The notes beneath the pieces are model-generated. The model did no database searches. It had not been told where the DNA came from and saw only the letters and a list, made by a program, of their open reading frames with translations. Of a stretch of DNA of 64,000 nt, positions 25,131-36,640 are shown piece by piece. The position numbers and the translations under genes are program-made. The first letter of the stretch is position 1, and every line of letters begins with the position of its first letter. This DNA comes from Lama glama (Eukaryota): positions 18,788,001-18,852,000 of the forward strand of contig CM052816.1 in NCBI GenBank assembly GCA_028534125.1. Direction: 5' to 3'.

Positions 25131-25904
25131 GTCTGAGAGGTCCTGCCCTTGCTCTGATGTACTCCCTACACCCAACCCCAGGGGAGAGAGGGTCTGAATC
25201 ACCTTTGGACACCCCCAGGGCTTGGCACAAACCACCAGGGGCCCAGGAGGCCCAGGACACACATCTCCCTCCAGGCTGCCCAGCCCAGAGCCAGACCAGC
25301 AGACAGGTCATATTTACCCAGGTGCGGGTGTAACAGGCACGCGGGGGGGGGGGGTGTCCTGGCCTCAGGGGCTGGGCATCTGCTCACAGACAGGAGGCTC
25401 TCTTTGAAAAGAAAGGCCTGGATTCATGGCCAGATGGGCAGCCGGAATGAGACAGCTGAGTTCAAAGAAGCAGTTGCTGGGTGAGTGACTCCTAAGAACA
25501 AAGAGGGGAGGTGGCCGCCCAAACTTGTCTGTGCTCCAGCCAGGCCAGCGCACCCTTGACAGCAGCTTCTGTCGCCCTGTCCGCGGCCAGGGGACCAGCC
25601 ATCCATCAGGAGTTACTGACATCCCAGTGCCCTGGGAAGGCCTAGCTCCCTCTCCCGGGAGTGAAGGCCTAGTGTTCATGCTGCGGGTAAACCTTCTGAG
25701 TGGATCAGCTCAGAGAGGCTAGGTTACTTGCTCAAATTCAGTCTTTAAGAGCCAGAGCCCAGATCCAAACTATAAGGATGACCCCACTCCACATTATGTC
25801 CAGGCACTTTTGTCTTGTCCTCTGTTCTTCTGAGCATTAAGTGACAGTCTATTCAGCATGGATTGGGACCTGCTGGGTACACTTCCCATACTTTGTCATT
25901 GTCG

Positions 25905-25938
25905 CCACCACCACCACCATCATTATCATCATCATCAT
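25905..25938 (+). repeat. (CAC)n(CAT)n trinucleotide repeat
   Basis: ccaccaccaccaccatcattatcatcatcatcat. Confidence 0.9.
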
Positions 25939-25949
25939 ATTGTCTTCAA

Positions 25950-26110
25950 AGCAAGTAACTGTGGAAATATCTATAATGTGCTAATCACCTTGCACTTATT
26001 ACCTCACTCACTTCTCACAATGACTCAGGAGATAAATGTGAATATTCCCACTTTTTGGATGAAGAAACCAAAGCTCTGAGAAGTTGCAGAACATGCCCAA
26101 GATCCCTACT
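25950..26110 (-). mobile_element. MIR SINE
   Basis: 'ttctcacaat...attcccactttttggatgaagaaaccaaagctctgagaagtt'. Confidence 0.7.
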
Positions 26111-26604
26111 GCTGGTGGGGCCAGCCTTCTCACTGAGTGACAGCAGCAGCAGAGTTGAGACTGTCACAAAGGCAGCTGCTCATCCTGCAGAGGTTGCTGC
26201 TCTCTGAGTCAGATCTAAAAATGTAGGCCCCAAACTGGCTGTGGGAGCTTGGAATCAGGGGGTCCAGACCAAGGGCCTGAGCACGGGCCTTCCAAGAAGA
26301 CTGTGGTCCTGACAACAGGAAGGGATTCAAGAGCCTGGCAGAGGGGCAGTGAGGGCCCAAGGAACACTGGCCAACCCCTCCCAGGCCCAGGCCATCTTCA
26401 CTGGGCCAGGAGTGCTCCTGGAAGCCCCCAGTGCCCCTTTAGCCATCCCAGCCATGCCCACCTAGATCAGAGGCTACCCTCAGCTGTCCTCCCAGCTCCT
26501 ATCACCTAAATGATAGTCCAGAATACTAATGGGTTTGCATCATCCACCCAGACTGCATACTGCAGTCTCCCGGACACTGGGGGACTATCTAGATATTTGG
26601 AAGC

Positions 26605-26845
26605 TGCCAGAAAACTCAGTCAAGAATGTAGCTTTGGTATCAATCAAAGCTACAGGGTTTGAATCCTGGCCCTGTCATGTATCAGCTGTGTTGTGCTGGG
26701 CAGGTTATTTGACCTCTCAGTCCCTCCTTTTCCGTATCTATAAAATGGGATAATAATGATACCTGAAAGAGCCAAAAGAGGATTTAAATGAGACAATGCA
26801 CAAAGCTCTTTATAAAATTTCTAGAACACAGAAAACTTGCTAATT
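26605..26845 (+). mobile_element. MIR SINE
   Basis: 'gggtttgaatcctggcc...gggcaggttatttgacctctc...atctataaaatgggataataat'. Confidence 0.85.
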
Positions 26846-28511
26846 TTCATCCAACTTGATGCTTACATGGTGCCCTAAAGTAACTGGCCAAATAGCACTG
26901 ACCTGAAAGTCAGAAGTCCGAGTCTGTGGATTTAGCCAAATGACCACACATCTCTGGGCCTGTTTTCTCTTCTTAAAATAGGGATCTCCTCAATATGTGA
27001 CAAGAATCTACATTGCTGATGCACGAGGAAGATCTTTGGAAAGCCCAAAGCCTGGGGGAAGATGAGTGCCAAGTTTTCTTGTCCCCTGGAGAGCTAATCC
27101 AGAATCAACCTGCTCTAGTTAGGAGCCGGCCTGGGGTTGGGGATCTGATGTAACTGGGAGGCTGAGCTGGTTAAGGAAACAAACAGCCTTGTTTTTCACC
27201 TGATTTGCCACCAATAGATATATATAGAGGATGTGCTCCACAGCAAACCCCCATAGCAAGGAGACCTCCAGCTGGACCCCAGTGTCTGCAGCAGAGGCTG
27301 CTCTCCACCCCAGAGCAGTGCACAGACCTGTCACTTAAACCTAGGCCTCCCTCATGACTTCAAGCCAGGTCCAAAATGGATATGACAGCCGGAATGCTAA
27401 CTGAACAACGCCAAATGACACAGATCTTTGCCGGATCTCAGGATGGAAATATTTGCAAGAGCTTGAGGATGCTGTAAAAACCAACACTGAGTGTGGCATT
27501 GCGTACGGGTCACTGGAAGGACACTCGCTCATGGGTGCTGGTAATTCTGCAGCCATCTCCCTTCAGATCTGGGAGGGACTGGCATACAGGGAAAGGATGT
27601 TCATGGGCGTGGCAGTGCGGATTGAGGAGGCACCCAGAGAATAACCAAGGTGTTCCTCATCAGCTATGCTCTGGGTGCCCCCTCAGCCAGACACTGTGCT
27701 GGGTGCTGAGGGCATAGAGTGGAACCCAGTCTGGCAGAGACTGTCACTGAGCACGTCACAGTGTGGTGTCAGTGCCTCTCGGAGGACGTCCGGGGTGCCT
27801 GAGGACAGTAGAGCAGAGGGACCTGGAGAGTAATGGAAGCTAGCCAGGCAGAGATGGGTAGTGGGGAAGACTGTGGGCGCCAGATGTTAGGTGCATTAGT
27901 GGACCTTACTTTAAAAGTATCCACCCTATTACAACACAGTGGGGTCCGGGTGGAAATAGCTCCTTGCGGACTAAGCAAGTGTGTGGCTCCACCTTAGCCT
28001 TGGTTTCTGCAGCCGCAGAAGGTGAGAAACTGCTGTTCTTACCCTTTGTCTGAACCAAAGGGAGACCTGGCTGCCTGGCGTGGTCATCAGTAAGACACTC
28101 GGCTAGGTGACAGAGATACGCAAAGTATCTCTGAGTCGTGATTGAAGTTTCCAGGTTTGCCTGTGGGGAAATTCCTCTGCAGAAGCTAATGTGCGGTTCC
28201 CACAGGGCGGCTCCAGATCTCAGACTTCTTGTCTTTTCCCTTTGGACAAAACAACACAAGCCTGCACATCTACCTCTGCTATTTTTGCCTGGGGGTTCCT
28301 GTCTAATGTTAAATATTACCACTTTCACTGCTCACTGTGAATGGCATTTTCATAGCTATCTCTATAGTAATTAAATTTCTTTTTTTTTTCCCCCAGAGCT
28401 GATGAGAGTGGTGACAGGCTGTCAGAAGTGATGAAAAAGCTCAGGCAGGTCCAATCAAGAAGGCATTTTTTTTCCCTGCACGTAGCCAGGAAAGAGGCCT
28501 ATTTGACATTT

Positions 28512-28745
28512 AACAGCATTTCTTAAAGTGTGCTCCTTGGAGCCCCAGCTTCACACCATGCTAAAAAGTGTTCTGTGAGAAAAGGGTCCCAAGGTCAAGT
28601 TTGTTTGGAAAATACTTGATTAAAAAAAGGTGAACGGTTTCCTGGCTTTGGGACCTCTCAGCACCTTTTGTCCACATACGGGCACTGCAAATCTCCAGGA
28701 GGAGAGTACAGCCCCTACTGGCGTGGCCCAGACTCTCTCCACTGT
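28512..28745. mobile_element. hAT-Charlie DNA transposon fragment (Charlie4-like)
   Basis: 'cagcatttcttaaagtgtgctccttgga...gtttgtttggaaaatac...ggacctctcagcacctt...gcactgcaaatctccagg'. Confidence 0.55.
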
Positions 28746-28755
28746 AATAAGATGC

Positions 28756-29208
28756 TGGGTTGGTTTCCTAAGGCTGCATAACAAGGTCACAAACTGGGTA
28801 GCTTAAAACAGGAATTTGTTCTCTCACAGTTCTGGAAGTTAGAAGTGCAAAATCAAGGTGTTGGCAGGGCTGTTCTCCCTCTGAAGGTTCCAGAAGGAGA
28901 ATCTCTCCAGCTTCCTCCTAGCTTCCAGTGGTTGCCAGCACCTTGGCATTCCTGGATTTATAGACACAGCACTCGCATCTCTGCTTCTGTCGTCACATGG
29001 CACTCTCCCTGCCTGTCTCTCTGTCTTCACATGAACTTCTTAGGAGGACCCTAGTCATGGGATTTAGGGTCCACCCTCATCCAACTTGACCTCATCTTAA
29101 CTTGGTTACATCTACAAAGACCCTATTTCCAAATAAGGCCACATTCACAGATACCAGGGATTAGGATTTGGGCATATCTTTTGAGGAAATACTAATTAAC
29201 TCACTACA
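28756..29208 (-). mobile_element. MaLR solo LTR (MLT1C-like)
   Basis: TG...CA ends. Contains 'ctctcacagttctggaag...aatcaaggtgttggcagggc...acatctacaaagaccctatttccaaataagg'. 5-bp TSD gatgc/gatgg. Confidence 0.92.
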
Positions 29209-29264
29209 GATGGATTAGAGAGAAAAATATTTAAAAAGAACGAAGCAGTTCACAGGGTGGCTCA

Positions 29265-29455
29265 GTCCAGACTTTGTAGCCAGACCTAGAATCAAGCAAC
29301 TGCTGTGAATCGAAGCAAGTCAGCAAATGCGGTATCTCCAGGCTCACCTTTCTCATCTGTATGTCAAAGTCCTAACACCTATGTCACAGGACTATTGTGA
29401 GGATTAAAGAAATAAACATATAAAGCATGGAGCCCAGTGCCTGGTACACAATAAT
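29265..29455 (+). mobile_element. MIR SINE
   Basis: 'ttctcatctgta...tcacaggactattgtgaggattaaaga...cagtgcctggtacacaataa'. Confidence 0.8.
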
Positions 29456-31264
29456 GGCGTAAAGCAGGAGACTGACATGGTCAGATTAGTTTTTTGGAAG
29501 AAAACAATCACCCTGGTTTCTGTGTGGAGGATGAGCTGTCGGGGGCCAGACTCCATCTTGATCATGCTGGACCTCATCCTGGGTGCGTCTGAGGAAACAC
29601 CCCGTTCAGCCTATCTGATCATGATAATACATGTGTGTGAGGAATGCCCAGTCTGGACCCTGGAGGCTCTGCTCAGGGAATAGGGAGTCAGGACTGTCTG
29701 TCTGAACCACTATCAGTCAGTTCAGACACCACCATAGGACAGGGGCCAAGCTGCCAAAAGTTTGGGGCCCATTTTCTTCTTTAAATGTGAGAGTGATAGT
29801 CCCTCACTGTGTCTCTTACAGGGGGACATGAGGACTGAGTGATAAAATGCAGCAAAGAACTTTGTAACATGCAAGTTAATATTCAAGACGTGTGTGTGTG
29901 CTGGTGGTAGTGATAGGGTTACCACCAAGCGCGCCCCTCAGGCCCTCTGGCTTACTGTGGTCCCAAGGTGGGTGAGAACAGAGGCAATTATTAGAAAAAA
30001 AAATCCTCTAAGATGTGGAGGTGTTAAACCTCAATCTGTGACCTCAGCTTAACCCATCCTTAGGTGTATATTGAGGCCTTTGATTGCCAGTGACCAGATG
30101 GTGCAGGGAAAGCAAGGTGGTGCACAGCCTGGGCCAAGAGGACCAGGGGAGGCATCAGGGGATTGGTCAATAGGCATCTTGATGAGGGGCCTGCTGGCCC
30201 CAACTCCAAGACAGGTGGGCATCACTGCTCACCACTGCTGGGGCTGGTGGCCGGGAACACACTGGGGAGAGCTCTGGGTCTCCAGGTGACTCTGTGCAGA
30301 CAATGGGGAAGGATGCCCATCACCGGATCTGCAGGCAGGACAAGACCCAGCAGAGCCGCCTGTTGATTCCAAGGCAGGAAAGCAAGTTCCCTAAGGCCCA
30401 GGATCCTTGTGATTTATGGGGGGCCATTATGTCCCAACCTGCACCAAACCTGTGTTTAGAAACTGAAAGCAGGGCTGGCCGGCCCCCCAGGCCTCAGAGC
30501 CTGTGCACAAGCATCCACTGTGTTGCTGCTGGCAGAGCGTCCACCAGAGCCCCCGAGACGAGGAGCCCACGCAGAGGCCCAGGTGTGCACCTGGAGCCCG
30601 AGGGGACTTGAGAACTCTCTCTCTCTGACAGGGCGCCTGTGCTCTGACCTGCTTCTGAAAACAGTGCCTATGAAGATAAAAGGGCACCTGCACATCAAGG
30701 GAAGAATTTTCAACCAGAGCCCCCTCTGGAACCAGGGTGGAGCCTTGGGAGACAATAGAAAATAAAGCCTAAGGCTGGACCCAGAAACCATCAGGGAGGA
30801 GCACCAGGGCAGCAAATACCCAGGGAGAGCAGATGTCCGCCTGCGCGGCCCTCTCTAGACCATGGCTCCTGGGGTGGTGCCCCTCTTGTTTACTGCTTCT
30901 GCTCAACCCCAGCACAGTGCCTGATGTTTACTTAGCATGCGTTCACTCAATAACTGACACTGCCTAAAATTCACATTCTCAGTCCAACACTGTTTTCTAC
31001 GTGCCTACAAGGCCATGTGATAAATGCTGATGGGGACCCAGAGATAAAATAAGAGACGACTAGAGTGGATCAGTTCTCAGGCTGTGGGCATTTAGGTTCT
31101 GCCTCCACCACTTAATGTGCTCTGCAACCCCACAGATAAGAAGGGTGGTCATGGTGGGTCCTACCCCTCCAAGGTGGTAACGAGCGTGGCTGAGTCCATC
31201 GATAGGCAGCCTGTCACGATGCTGCACGGAGCATGTGTTCAATAAATGCTGGCTCTTGACACCA

Positions 31265-32965
31265 TTTTAAAAATTGACAAATAAAATACATAAAATAGAA
31301 CACACAGATCTTAAGTGTTGTATTTGATGAGTTTTGGCAACCATATTAACCCGTGTAGCCGTCATCTAAGACGAGGTATAGATGTGAAACATTTCCAGTC
31401 GCCCTGAAAGTTCCCTCATCCTCCTTTCCAGTCAATCTCTGCCTCCCTGTTCCCAGAGGCAACTATTTTCTGATTTCCATCCTCTTAGATGAGCTTTGCT
31501 CCTTCTAGAACTTCATATAAACAGAATCATATAGTGTGTTTCCTGGATCTAGTCTTCTATGTTTGTCTCTTTTTTGCTCAGTATAATGTTTTTGAGGTTC
31601 ATCCACATTGTTGGAGGTGTTAGTAGTTCGCTGGCTTTTACTTGTACATAGTATTCCATCATATGAATACATTACTTTTTAAAAAAATCTATTCTTCTGT
31701 TGAAGAATATTTGGTTGGTTTCCAGTTTGGGGCTATTATAAATAAGTATATTATATACATTCTTGAACAAATCTCTGTGTTGAATATATATTTTCTTTGC
31801 TCTTGGGTAAACAGGAAGGGAATCACTGGGTCACAGAATAGGTATATTGTTGGAGGGTGGATGGAATGAAATTTGCCCAGTGAACTGAGACGGTATCTTG
31901 AGACTGAAAAACAAGGCAGGTAGCTCCATATAATCACTGTATCAGTTTATTAGAGGGTTACTTGCCCACAGGGTGGAATCAGGCAGACAAAGATTTAGAA
32001 GCATTCGCAGCTGCTCTCTGCATTGCCAAGGGGCCACTGGGACAACTTTAAAGCTAACCTAGGGTCTGGGATACGTGCTCGGAAACAGGAAGTACATTTC
32101 TAAGTCAAGAGTCACAAATGGGTAAGTGTTGTGCACACTGGGAATACGTCAAGGAAAGTCTTCATCATTGTTTGGAAACTAACAGAGCATAGAGGCCACC
32201 TAGACCTAACGATCATTAAACAGTATTTATTAACTACAAAGCCATGGATGACAGAGATGAGATTTACTACACAGTACAGCCCTGGGTAGGGTCAGTGAAA
32301 GGACAGGAGGAATCAAACAGGCCCAAAATGGTGTCAGTTATGCTCACAGTCACACATACATATTTATAAGAAACTGCTAAACCACTTCCCAGAGTGGCTG
32401 TCCCACTGTGCACGCTCACCAGTAATGTATGAGAGGTCCAGTTGCCTCATATCCTCACTAGTATTTGGTAGAATCAGCCCTTTTAAAATTTTTATTTCTC
32501 TGTTGGGTGAGAAATAATATCTCAGTGTGGGTTTAATTTACATGTCCCTGACGACATGCTGTTGAGCATCCTTTCACATGCTTACCAGCCATTCACATAT
32601 CTTATTTTGTGAGATCATTTTTTAAGTTGGCTTGTGTGTCTTTTTGTTTTGGTCTGTAGAAGTTCTTCATGTATTCTGAAAATAATTCCTTTATCAGCCA
32701 TGTGTATTTCATACATTGTCCCTTTTGAGGCTTACCCATTCATTTCCTTACTGTTGTCTTTTGATGATGAAAAACAGAAACTTTAAGTTTTGACAACTAA
32801 TTCATTATTCTTTCCCTTTATGTTTAGTACTTTTTGTGTCTTGTCTAAGAAATCTTTGCTTAACCTAAGGCTATGAAGATATTCCTCCATTTTTTTTTTC
32901 TAGAAGTTTTTGAGTCTAGGTTTTACATGTAGGTTTATAATCCATCTCAAATAGTTAGTTTTTAA
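31265..32965 (-). mobile_element. Old LINE-1 (L1MB/L1ME-like) 3' region, interrupted by an LTR at 31848-32356
   Basis: Reverse L1 3'UTR/ORF2 text ('ttccagtttggggctattataaataa', 'ccagtaatgtatgagaggtccagttgcctcatatcctc') is continuous across the insertion. Confidence 0.88.
31848..32356 (-). mobile_element. Endogenous retrovirus solo LTR nested in L1
   Basis: ~510 bp with TG...CA termini and a minus-strand AATAAA (tttatt ~31947). Flanked by near-TSD tatat/tacat, with L1 resuming on both sides. Confidence 0.75.
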
Positions 32966-35429
32966 AATTGTAGTATTGATTAGAGCCATAAACACTAAGG
33001 AAACATTCAGATTCTTGAGAAGATCAGACTTCACTTAAGCCTTGGGCTGAAGAGACAATATTGGTTCTAAGGAAAAGCATTTGTTAGAGTCATGGCTGAC
33101 TGACCACTGAGTCACCACTCACTGACCACAGGGCATGAATGGCTGGATTAAGAACCATCAGCCAGAGACACAGCTGTGTTGACCTCCCCAGGCCCACTCA
33201 AGGGGCACTGAGTTCCAATGACTGACTCAGGTGACACAGCATGAACTTACAGTAGCCCTGGGAACCATAGCAGGTCCCAGCCCAGCCCCTTAGTATGACT
33301 ACCAGGAGATGGCACTAAGGATGTCAGGTGAGCCCTGCCCCCTTGAGTTGGTTCTCAGAGGCCTCTCTGCACTGACAACTTGGGAGATAGCAAGATATAG
33401 GCAGTTCCTCAGGGCTGGATGGGATCAGTCCAGAAGGTAGCAAGGCCCACTTGCAGCAGATAGCAGAGCCCTCCACATGGCCCAGAGACAGCCTGGACAG
33501 TTAGGGGAGCAGGTCCAGGGGCATAGTATGGGAGCCTGGGTCAGAGGCAGTGGGAGGTCATGAGGGGATGAGCTCTTCATGCAGCAAGGAGAAGAGGCCC
33601 TCAAAGGTTGTGATCTTAGGAACAAATGCCTGCAGCCCAGCCTTCGAGAGCCTGTTCCTGGAAGCTCCCCTGCCAGTGGACCTGTGAGATGGGTTCTTAC
33701 CACTTCAAGGATACACCAGGGATCTCTCAGGCCCTGGGAGAAGGCTACTGGGAGGTTCTGTCTCTCCTGGAGGTCCTCACCACAATCTCAGCACCTTGCT
33801 GCCCCTACTGGCATAGTTGTCACACATCTGGTCTACCCTCCCATTATGTCAGACCTGGTGTTCTTATCATGGTGCTGACACACGGGATGAGAGGGTGCAG
33901 CTAGGACTCAAGGAAGAACAAGGTCCAACCTCTGGCAAAGGAGGCTTTCCAGTTGCCCACACTCAACTGGTCCAGCTTCTCCAAAGAGAAGAAGGGTTGT
34001 CCCAGGTCCCAGCTGGTGAGTGATGACACAGGGATTTGAGTCTGGGCAGTCTGACTCCAGAGTCATGTCATATCCTGAGGAGACCAGTGGTTTCTGATTG
34101 CTCTTTGGTCTACTGAGCAGCCTGGGGCAGGGCAGGTACCTCAGCCAAACACAGGTCACCTGGCAGGGCTCTTGGTGACCACTGTTTGTGGGAAGCCCCA
34201 CAAAGTCACCACCCACCAAGCTCAACAAGCCTGGCCATTGGAGGCCAAGCCAAACCAGCACTGCCAAGGGGGCGCCCTCCCCGAGGAGGGAGGCATTACC
34301 TGAGGTGACCCGTAATACTCTGGGCTGATCCAGAACTTAGAGTTTTGAAAAACTGAACTTCTTTTCCTCTGGGTCTCTCTCATTTCAGCATCATTTCTAA
34401 CTCAAATTCTGAATGTCAATTGTGTGTCTTTAATGAGCCCAGAAATTTTCATAATTATCCTTTTTTTTTCCAAAGCCGTAATTATAGGTTCACGTACATG
34501 CTACAGACAAGAAATTTAAATAGTGCTTTTTACATGCTTAGGCATTCTGCTTCTTTCTCCTTTTGGAAAAAAAAAATTAAAGAAGGCTTCCAATTATCCT
34601 TCTGTTACCTTTCTTTTCTCCTTGAGGTAAACTTTAGGAGATTAGACTCTAATTGTCCCGTCCCTTGTCCCCAGGTGGCATGTACCAGTCCCATCTCCCT
34701 GCTCTTTCAGGCCATGGTTGCTTCTCCCATGCTGGTTCCAAGGGGAGGTCCTGAACTGGAACCAGTCCCCCATCTCTCAGCACAGTGACTGGGTGGAGGT
34801 AGGAAGGGTTGGCTGGAGCTGCTCCCCAGTATGGAAGGCCCAGGCTAGCTCTGAGCGAACCAGGAGACCTCCCACAGGTGTGCAGGAGCTGCGAACCCAG
34901 TGGGTCCCAAGTGGGACAGTGTGGCAAACATTTCCCAGCTAAGTTCCCTTTTGTGTGAAAATCTGCTCCCAGAGGTACTCCAGGGCTGCCCCAGTTCTGA
35001 GGCACAGGTTTGAACTGGCATGAAGGTGGCAGGTCGAGGGGCAACAGTGCAGGGGACTGGGTAGACTATGACTCTCCATTCATTCATTCAGCATTCACTG
35101 AGCATCCCTGAGCTCCCGGAATTCACTGCCAAGCGCATCTCTCTCTTCATTCACACCTGCTATATGCCTGGCACAGAATTTGGCACAGGGGATCCAAGAA
35201 AGTGAGACTCAGATCCTTCTCATTCAGAGCTCCTGTACTTCCTGACAGCACCATCAAGTTTGGCATGAGTCACAGCCCCACCTTGTCCTCGGCTGGGAGT
35301 GAAAGGAGGGCTCTGCCCCATCCCTCTTTGACTCATCCCCTGCGAGCCAAGTCAGTCTGGTCCCTGCCTAGTGGCCTGGTTGCTCTGCATTACCCGAATA
35401 CTCCAAGGCATTCCTGGGTATTTCCACAC

Positions 35430-35560
35430 TGTGCTTGTGCCAGGCACTTTCTATGCATGTGTTGCATTCTTTGCCCTTCAAAATTGCCCTTGGGAGTACA
35501 TATTACTGCTGTACCCATTTTCTGATGTTGAAACTGAGGCTCAGAAGATCAGCCTTGCAG
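35430..35560 (-). mobile_element. MIR SINE fragment
   Basis: 'tgtgccaggcacttt...cccattttctgatgttgaaactgaggctcagaa'. Confidence 0.75.
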
Positions 35561-36189
35561 CAGACCACAGGGCTCTCATGCATGCAGCAGTTCCCAGTAT
35601 TTGCCTTAAGTCACAGCACATTAGAGAGCCATGACTTGTGTCTTCTTACACTAGGACAGGCTGTCTCAGTACAGATAAGACAGAGATCCCGCTCTTGGTG
35701 AGACTACAGCATTTTCTCTCTTTCCAAAAGACTAAGGCTGGCCTCCCTTGCATCCCAGAGGTGCTGGGAACTGGTTTAGTTCTAAATCCAAGAGCCAGTG
35801 TCCTGGGATGAAGGTTGGGGCAGGAGCAAAACTATGTGGCCTGCATCAGAGAGACGCTCCCAGGAGCATCTGTCCTGCAGCTGAGGTCCAAGAGGAAACT
35901 CAGCCGCCTCCAGCACAGGCAGCAGGAGGAAGGTGCCAGCACAGCTGCCCTGAGGTGGGGGGCCGGTCAGAGAGGGCCCCCTGTGGGTGGAAGGCAGCTC
36001 TTTGTCAGAAGCCAGCAGGGCCTGAAGGGAAAGAAGTCTCCCAGGCCCGTGCATGCATCTCTTTGGCACACCAGCTTCAGGAGGGCCAGCCTGCTTCCAT
36101 GCCAGCTCACCAGCCTGCAAAGCCAGCTGGAAAAACCCAGGGGAAAAATAATCCTCTGGTCCTAGGAAACCTTGCAAAGGTCCTTTTAT

Positions 36190-36640
36190 TGTCAAATACT
36201 TACTGAGAACATACTCTGTGCTAGGTACCAGGTCTTGCTCTCATAGGTCTTTTATTCTTGGCAGGAGAGACTGACAATGAGCAAGAAAACAAGTCATTAA
36301 ACATGACAGCTTCAAAGAGTGAAGAGGGCTGGGAAGGAAAGACAGCAGGGTGATGTTCTGGAGAGTGACTTCATGCGCAGGGAAGATTACCTTGTGGACT
36401 GGGTGCTCGGAGAACGTCTCTTTATAGAGGGACCATTTTGTTGACCCTGGAGTGACAAGAAGCAGCCAGCCCTGAAAGTACTGGGGAAGACAGGTTCAGG
36501 CAGAGGGACCAGCTAGCACAGCCGCCCCAAGGCCTGGGCAGGCCTGGTGCTTGTGAGAAGCAGGAAGACGCAAGTGGACGGCTGCAGGATGAGCGGGAGG
36601 TGGTGGGGCTGAACGGTCAGTTCTTCTGGCTGCCAGGTGG
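36190..36640 (-). mobile_element. LINE-2 3' region
   Basis: 'caaatacttactgagaacatactctgtgctagg...ggcagagggaccagc...aaggcctggg'. Confidence 0.75.

Noticed and set aside
25858..26079. Poly-His ORF
   Set aside because: Product of a (CAC/CAT)n repeat running into a MIR.
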